Below are positions 36,983-43,953 of a stretch of DNA of 43,953 nt, one piece after another (position 1 is the stretch's first letter; every line of letters begins with the position of its first letter). The notes under the pieces are model-generated. The model saw only the letters and a program-made list of their open reading frames with translations, searched no databases and was not told the DNA's origin. Source of the DNA: an uncultured Deferribacteres bacterium (lineage in GTDB: Bacteria; Zhuqueibacterota; Zhuqueibacteria; Zhuqueibacterales; Geothermadaptataceae); the NCBI GenBank assembly GCA_964014485.1, contig CAXHAT010000046.1:1-43953 (forward strand), given 5' to 3'. The translations under genes and the position numbers were made by a program.

Positions 36983-38104
36983 ATGAAATTCTCGGTTAAT
37001 AAAGCGGACCTTTTTAATTGTCTTCAGAAGGTCATTGGCGTAGTCCCTCAAAAAACCACAGTTCCAATTCTTGGAAATCTTCTTTTACAATTGAATGATG
37101 GAAAACTGGACATTCGCGCAACGGACCTTGAAATATCAATCAATACAAAATGCGATGTTTATGACGCGACCGAAGGCGGAATCGCCGTTCCAGGTAAGAA
37201 GTTGTTTGACATCGTTCGGGAAATCCCGGATTTGCCGATTACCGTGGAAGTAGATGAACGGCTGCATTTAACCATCTCCACAGAAAAAGGCGTTTACAAA
37301 TTCTCTGGTGAGAACGAGTCGGAATTCCCGCAGATCGCGGTTGAAGACGCGGAAAGTGAATTCTTCATTGAAGGGCGAAAATTCCGCAGGATGATCGACA
37401 AAACAGGTTTTGCCGTTAGCACGGATGAATTACGTACGACGTTGATGGGCGTTTATCTGCAATTGCTGACCAACGAGCTTCGGATGGTTGCAACCGACGG
37501 TCACCGATTGGCAAAAATCTGCGATTTAAGCATTGCTTATTCGGATGCGGGCACGGCGGTGATATTGCCTGTTAAAGCGCTGCAAACGATCACGAAAAAT
37601 ATAGAAGACGATGACAGATTGCACGTCTCGATTGGCGAAAATCATATTACTTTCTCTATTGGCAACACAAAAATATTCAGCAAGCTCATCGAAGGTCAAT
37701 TTCCGAACTATGAACGCGTCATCCCGCTGGATAATGAACTCTCAATGTACGTCAACAAGGATTTATTGTCCGCCGCTGTGAAGCGCGTTTCGATTTTCGC
37801 AAATCAATACACCCATCAAATAAAACTCGCAATAAGCCCTTCCTCGCTGTTGATTCAAACTGAAGACATGGAGATTGGCGGAGAAGCCCAAGAGTCGATT
37901 CCCGTCGATTATACCGGCGACGCCTTGGAAGTCGGCTACGATGCAAATTACCTGCTTGACATTCTCCGGCATTTGGAAAAAGATGAGCTGCTGTTCAAGT
38001 TAAAGAACGAAAGCAGCGCGGCCGTTATCACCCCGGCTGAACAAGAGAATGATGAAGAATTGATGATGCTCCTCATGCCGATCCGCATCGGCGATAGTTT
38101 GTAA
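36983..38104 (+). CDS. dnaN: DNA polymerase III beta sliding clamp
   Basis: ATDLEI, VATDGHRL, LIEGQFPNYERVIP, LLMPIR. Confidence 0.98.
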   Translation: MKFSVNKADLFNCLQKVIGVVPQKTTVPILGNLLLQLNDGKLDIRATDLEISINTKCDVYDATEGGIAVPGKKLFDIVREIPDLPITVEVDERLHLTISTEKGVYKFSGENESEFPQIAVEDAESEFFIEGRKFRRMIDKTGFAVSTDELRTTLMGVYLQLLTNELRMVATDGHRLAKICDLSIAYSDAGTAVILPVKALQTITKNIEDDDRLHVSIGENHITFSIGNTKIFSKLIEGQFPNYERVIPLDNELSMYVNKDLLSAAVKRVSIFANQYTHQIKLAISPSSLLIQTEDMEIGGEAQESIPVDYTGDALEVGYDANYLLDILRHLEKDELLFKLKNESSAAVITPAEQENDEELMMLLMPIRIGDSL

Positions 38105-38137
38105 TGGAAAGTGCGCTTCATCGAGTCTGGTTAAACA

Positions 38138-39234
38138 ATGATCATCGAAAAAATAAAACTGCACAATTTTAGAAACTTCACTGAGCTTTCCTTATCCTTT
38201 GGAAAAGGCGCGAATTTTCTTTTTGGCGAAAACGGGCAGGGAAAAACAAACCTGATTGAAGCAATCTACTGCCTTGGGCTTTCGAAGAGTTTTCGCACTT
38301 CGCTGGATCGTGACCTAATTAAAATAGATCAAGACGCTCACAGCATACACGGCCAGTTCATCAGCGAATCCTCTGTAAAACATCGCGTCTCCATTTTGCA
38401 GAACCATAAAAAAAAACTGTCCAGCTTGACGGCAAAAAAAATCAAAGACATTCTCAACTCATTGGCTTCGCGCCGATGGTTTTGTTCAGCCCGGAAGACC
38501 ATCGCGTAACAAGCGGAGCGCCGTCGGAAAGGCGAACCTTTCTTGATATACTTCTGAGCCAGGCAGACGGGAGCTACCTCAAAAATCTGCAAGATTACAA
38601 TCGCGTACTAAGGCAGAGAAACAAACTTTTAGCGATGATCGCCAATGCGGAAGCAAACGAAAACGATTTGGACGCCTGGGACGATGCGATCATAAAACAT
38701 GCATTTGCACTTTTGCAGAAGCGGCAAAACTTTTTGAGAGAAATCAGCGACGACCTTACTCAAACGTATGAACAAATTTCCGCCGGCTCCGAACCGCTGA
38801 CTGCCAAGTATCGATATTCTGACAACCAACAATTCGACGATGAAAACCGATTTCTTGCTACGCTCAAAAAGCTTCGCAAGAAAGAAATTATTCTAAAACG
38901 GACATTGGTCGGGCCGCACCGTGACGACGTGATTTTTAGGCTTGCGCAACGAGACGTTCGTAAGCACGCTTCGCGCGGCGAACAAAAAAGCGTGCTGCTT
39001 GCACTAAAAATCGTTGAGTACGAGTACTTGAGAAAGAAAAAGAATAAAGCGCCGATCCTGTTGCTCGACGACCTGCATTCTGAGCTGGACGCCCAGCGTA
39101 CAAATCAGATATTGAATGCTCTGACAACTTTAGGCCAAAGTTTTATCACTTCAGTGGAAAAAGTAGAAAACTGCCCGGAAGGCTCCGTCTCGTTTGAAGT
39201 GAGCGCCGGGCATATTCAAGAAGTGCAGACATGA
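38138..39234 (+). pseudogene. recF: recF split by a single frameshift in an A9 run (possible sequencing error)
   Basis: GENGQGKTN Walker A in the first frame; FSPED, GPHRDD, SRGEQK, LLLDD in the second. One extra A at 38408-38416 joins them (HKKKTVQLDGKKNQRHSQLIGFAPMVLFSPED). Confidence 0.9.
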
Positions 39235-39515
39235 AAAAAGTACAGCCGCTTTCCAAAATTATAGATTCGCTCTTCCGCGATCCAAAGCTGCGCGTCCACC
39301 TTCAGAAAGGTCGCGTTTTTGGCGCTTGGGCGAGGGTGGTTGGGCCGCAAATCGCACAGATTTCGAGGCCGACTTTTTTCAAGAAAGGAGAGCTGTTTAT
39401 TCGCGTCAACACGCCGGTTTGGCGCAACGAGCTCACAATGATGCAAACCGAACTTATCGGCAAGTTAAACGACGAGATCGGTGAAAAAATCGTTAAGCAA
39501 ATCATTTTCAGATAA
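39231..39515 (+). CDS. DUF721 / DciA family protein
   Basis: W..VVG..IA....P...K.GEL.I.V....W..EL; located between recF and gyrB. Confidence 0.88.
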   Translation: MKKVQPLSKIIDSLFRDPKLRVHLQKGRVFGAWARVVGPQIAQISRPTFFKKGELFIRVNTPVWRNELTMMQTELIGKLNDEIGEKIVKQIIFR

Positions 39516-39516
39516 T

Positions 39517-39538
39517 GGAGTCCAACGTTTCAGCGTTG
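39517..39538 (+). repeat. Single REP-like unit (GGAG variant)
   Basis: GGAGTC-CAACGTTTCAGCGTTG resembles GTAGTC-CACGCTTTAGCGTG at 17122. Confidence 0.45.
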
Positions 39539-39595
39539 ACGATAGATCGACAACTGATAGAATTGATCATAAAGCTTTGATAATCATAGAGGTAA

Positions 39596-41530
<1,935 letters not shown>

Positions 41531-41545
41531 CAACCATCAACGCCG

Positions 41546-41583
41546 ATAGATTCCTCCTCTGGCATTCAGGAGGAATCTATTTT
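41546..41583 (+). terminator. Hairpin terminator after gyrB
   Basis: 13-bp stem ATAGATTCCTCCT / AGGAGGAATCTAT followed by TTT. Confidence 0.6.
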
Positions 41584-41707
41584 GACCACGGGTGCAAAAC
41601 CTGCCTTTTTCCCCGCCCCGCAAACGAGAACCTGCCGCCTGGACTATCTTCCCTTTTGTCTGCCCAATACGTGAATAAAAATCAAAAGAATCGAGCTTTA
41701 ACTTGCA

Positions 41708-41736
41708 TTGACGTACTTAATAACGTACGTTATTAA
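41708..41736 (+). promoter_or_regulatory. yefM-yoeB promoter with operator palindrome
   Basis: TTGACG-17-TATTAA; perfect 20-bp palindrome TTAATAACGTACGTTATTAA 41717-41736; GTAC cores at 41713 and 41725. Confidence 0.78.
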
Positions 41737-41778
41737 ATCAATCGGATTTGAACTAAACAGATCAAAAATGGAAGAAAA

Positions 41779-42021
41779 ATGAGAACTGTTTCAGCCACAA
41801 AAGCGCGGCAAAACTTTTACAGCTTGCTAGACGAGGCGGCTTCCAGTCACGAGCCTTTGCAAATAACAGGCAAACGCAGCAATGCGGTTTTGATTTCTGA
41901 AGATGATTGGCGGTCTATTCAGGAAACGCTTTATCTGCTTTCAATTCCGGGCATGCGGGACTCCGTTCGCGAGGGCCTGGCCGCTGAAGTCGAAGACTGT
42001 TCTGAGGATTTGGACTGGTGA
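41779..42021 (+). CDS. yefM: Phd/YefM family antitoxin
   Basis: SATKARQNFYSLLD...NAVLISEDDWRSIQETLYLLSIPGM. Confidence 0.93.
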   Translation: MRTVSATKARQNFYSLLDEAASSHEPLQITGKRSNAVLISEDDWRSIQETLYLLSIPGMRDSVREGLAAEVEDCSEDLDW

Positions 42022-42281
42022 GTTGGAAGCTCGTTTATACAAGACAAGCCCAAAAGGATGCGAAAAAACTCCTTTCCGCCGGCTTGAAAAAGAAGGCGGA
42101 AGTTCTTTTGGAAGTCTTGAGAGAAGACCCGTTTCAAAATCCTCCGGCTTTCGAAAAGCTTGTCGGGGATTTGGCGGGGGCGTATTCAAGACGCATCAAT
42201 ATCCAGCACAGACTGGTTTATCAGGTCTTGCAGGATAGAAAACTTGTAAAAGTCATTCGAATGTGGACGCATTACGAATAG
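42018..42281 (+). CDS. yoeB: Txe/YoeB family toxin
   Basis: FEKLVGDLAGAYSRRINIQHRLVY...WTHYE; GTGA overlap with the antitoxin. Confidence 0.94.
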   Translation: MSWKLVYTRQAQKDAKKLLSAGLKKKAEVLLEVLREDPFQNPPAFEKLVGDLAGAYSRRINIQHRLVYQVLQDRKLVKVIRMWTHYE

Positions 42282-42507
42282 ACTTGCCGTCACAAAAATT
42301 TTGATTACGGCCAGCGCCGGCAATTCCAAAAACGCCGCCTTCGGCATACCATTCAGGAGAGCCACAGGCCGGGGAAGCAAAATCTATTTTGACCACGACT
42401 TAAAAGAAGCGCCTTTTTTCCAATGCCGTGAACGAAATCAGTCGGCAGCTTCAGACTGTTATGCTTTAAATTTTCCGAACTCGACGAATCACCCTGAAAA
42501 GTTTGCC

Positions 42508-42536
42508 TTGACAAACCCCGCCCGCCGTGCTATTTT
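42508..42536 (+). promoter_or_regulatory. sigma70-type promoter of intI copy 2
   Basis: TTGACA-17 nt-TATTTT with TG extended -10. Confidence 0.68.
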
Positions 42537-42582
42537 GAATTCACAAAATAAGAGAAATTGATCCGCCCGTTTGGGGGAGCGC

Positions 42583-42684
42583 ATGTCTTCTCTCCAATCT
42601 CAAAACCCCGCCCCGCCGAAGCCGAGACTGCTCGATCAGGTGCGGAACGCCCTGCGCGCAAAGCACTATTCCTACAAAACCGAA
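42583..42684 (+). pseudogene. intI: Integron integrase 5' fragment (34 codons)
   Basis: Absent from the ORF track. MSSLQSQNPAPPKPRLLDQVRNALRAKHYSYKTE closely matches the start of the intI at 7291; same GGGGGAG.GC RBS. Confidence 0.88.
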
Positions 42685-43109
42685 AGCTGCCCCCGGGGAA
42701 GCCAGGAACGAAACAATGGCTGAAGCAATTTGGCGAACGCTTGGTCTGTGTGCGTTACAAATATGACGCTGAACGGCGGAAAAAATACAAAACGGTTGAA
42801 GTGATCGTGGAGGAAAACGATTAGGAAGCCAACGGCCAAAAGAAACACATTCCGAAAAACAAGATCGTTTTCGTACGCGTGGACTTTGGTGAAAAGACGC
42901 TCGGCATTACCGTGAAGGCGGCTGGCGGCCAATGGAACAAAAAGAAAAGACTGTGGGAATTGCCTTATAGTGAAGCTGTTGCCCTGGGCCTGGAAGATCG
43001 CATCGTTGAATATGCAGACCAAAATATTTTCCATATAAGAAACATTTTGAGATTTCTTGAGAATGTTTCTTGTATAAGAAGTTTTTCAAGAAAATTCACA
43101 CGACTATAG
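42678..43109 (+). pseudogene. intI-associated accessory ORF, 5'-truncated with an internal TAG
   Basis: One frame: NRKLPPGKPGTKQWLKQFGERLVCVRYKYD...VEEND*EANG...VRVDFGE...VKAAGGQWNKKKRLWEL...LGLEDRIV; TAG at 42822-42824 where copy 1 has TGG. Confidence 0.75.
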
Positions 43110-43116
43110 GCGGGAT

Positions 43117-43155
43117 TATGCGGCTCTCGCCCAGCAACATAATCCCAAGTTATGC
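43117..43155 (+). other. Putative attI site (copy 2)
   Basis: ACATAAT-CCCAA-GTTATGC in 7-5-7 simple-site geometry with GTT at 43149, directly before a cargo ORF; upstream motif shared with 6109-6146. Confidence 0.55.
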
Positions 43156-43181
43156 TCACAAGCAAAGATCAAGAATTAACA

Positions 43182-43820
43182 ATGAAAGCCATTAGTGAAG
43201 GCAGTTCACCCGGACGCCATAAGTTAGAGTTCAACCTTCTTGAGAACGCATACGATTATCTGAACAGCTCGATAGAGTATGTTGTGCGAGCAAGAAAAAC
43301 GAACTCTACCCGAATGTGGAAATTTGCACTTCTTCATATTTCGTTTTGCATTGAGCTCTTCCTTAAAGAACGCTTGAGGCGGGAACACCCTCTGCTCATC
43401 TACACAAATATTGACAAAAGTGGACCAATTACGCGTGAGACCAAAACTATAAGTTGGACGTCCTTGCTTCACAGAATTAGACATGTCCTAAAAGATAGTT
43501 TGCAAGAAATTGACCTGGGCAGGCTTCAAGTAGCACAATCACTCCGAAATCAGATGGTCCATTATGACCTGAAACTTGAGTTTCCCGAAGTGTATCACGA
43601 GTTCGCGAACTTGCTCAATTTTGTTGTTGAGTTTCATAGGCATCATTTAAGGATTGACGATAGCGAAACACTTCATGAAATGATTGATAAAGAGCTATGG
43701 CAAACTGAGGATGACTTGTATCACGCTTTTCATGAGGAAGTGGTCTTCTATAATTCGGTTTTCATGTCAAAAGATCTAAAGGACGAGATTGTTACGGAGC
43801 AGCAAAGAACGCTTTTGGTC
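43182..43820 (+). CDS. HEPN-like protein (putative RNase), 3' end interrupted by an IS
   Basis: Absent from the ORF track (frame stays open to the window end). LLENAYDYL...IELFLKERL..EHP and RNQMVH (Rx4H). Alternative in-frame ATG at 43152. Confidence 0.7.
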
Positions 43821-43953
43821 TATAATGGCCCCCATAATTCGGACAGTTCGTTAAAGTGGAAAACTCTCATGAAAAGTAAGGAGCATCTACCCATGAGCCG
43901 TCGCAAATTTTCCGCTTCGTTCAAGTCCAAAGTAGCTCTTGAAGCTGTGAAGG
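43821..43953 (+). mobile_element. IS3-family insertion sequence, left end and start of orfA
   Basis: TATAATGGCCCCCATAATTCGGACAG resembles IS3/IS150-type left IRs; RBS AAGGAG, ATG 43893, MSRRKFSASFKSKVALEAVK typical of OrfA. Confidence 0.8.

Noticed and set aside
42558..42824. 88-aa ORF as a real gene
   Set aside because: Its first 40 codons are an off-frame reading of the intI leader and fragment; only the part after 42678 belongs to the accessory ORF.
42822..42824. TAG as a recoded or read-through codon
   Set aside because: mnmE ends in TAG right after its conserved FCIGK terminus, and the locus is otherwise decayed; a TGG-to-TAG mutation is simpler.

Overview
Bacterial chromosomal origin region. 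It carries rpmH-rnpA-yidD-yidC-mnmE-mnmG-rsmG-murQ-mfd on the minus strand and dnaA-dnaN-recF-DUF721-gyrB on the plus strand, with DnaA-box clusters on both sides of dnaA, a DnaA-trio unwinding element and three parS sites. Gene order (mfd-PPIase-surA; DUF4159-DUF4175-TPR) suggests an FCB-superphylum organism (inference only). All accepted genes point away from oriC. Accessory content: (1) at the left end, an AT-rich minus-strand operon of an EACC1-like protein, a caspase-TM-2x FGE-sulfatase fusion, a MotA/TolQ/ExbB channel with extra TM helices and two different ExbD-like proteins (the last runs off the window), which is the best candidate for an undescribed system; (2) two decayed copies of one co-oriented integron platform (sigma70 promoter, intI, small accessory ORF, attI-like motif, cargo), one on each side of oriC, with that operon and an IS3-interrupted HEPN-like gene as cargo; (3) a shuffled toxin-antitoxin cluster at 15.4-18.5 kb and a yefM-yoeB pair; (4) several families of intergenic palindromic repeats, some nested. 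recF is split by a frameshift in an A9 run. Family assignments come from motif recognition by eye; no database searches were run.
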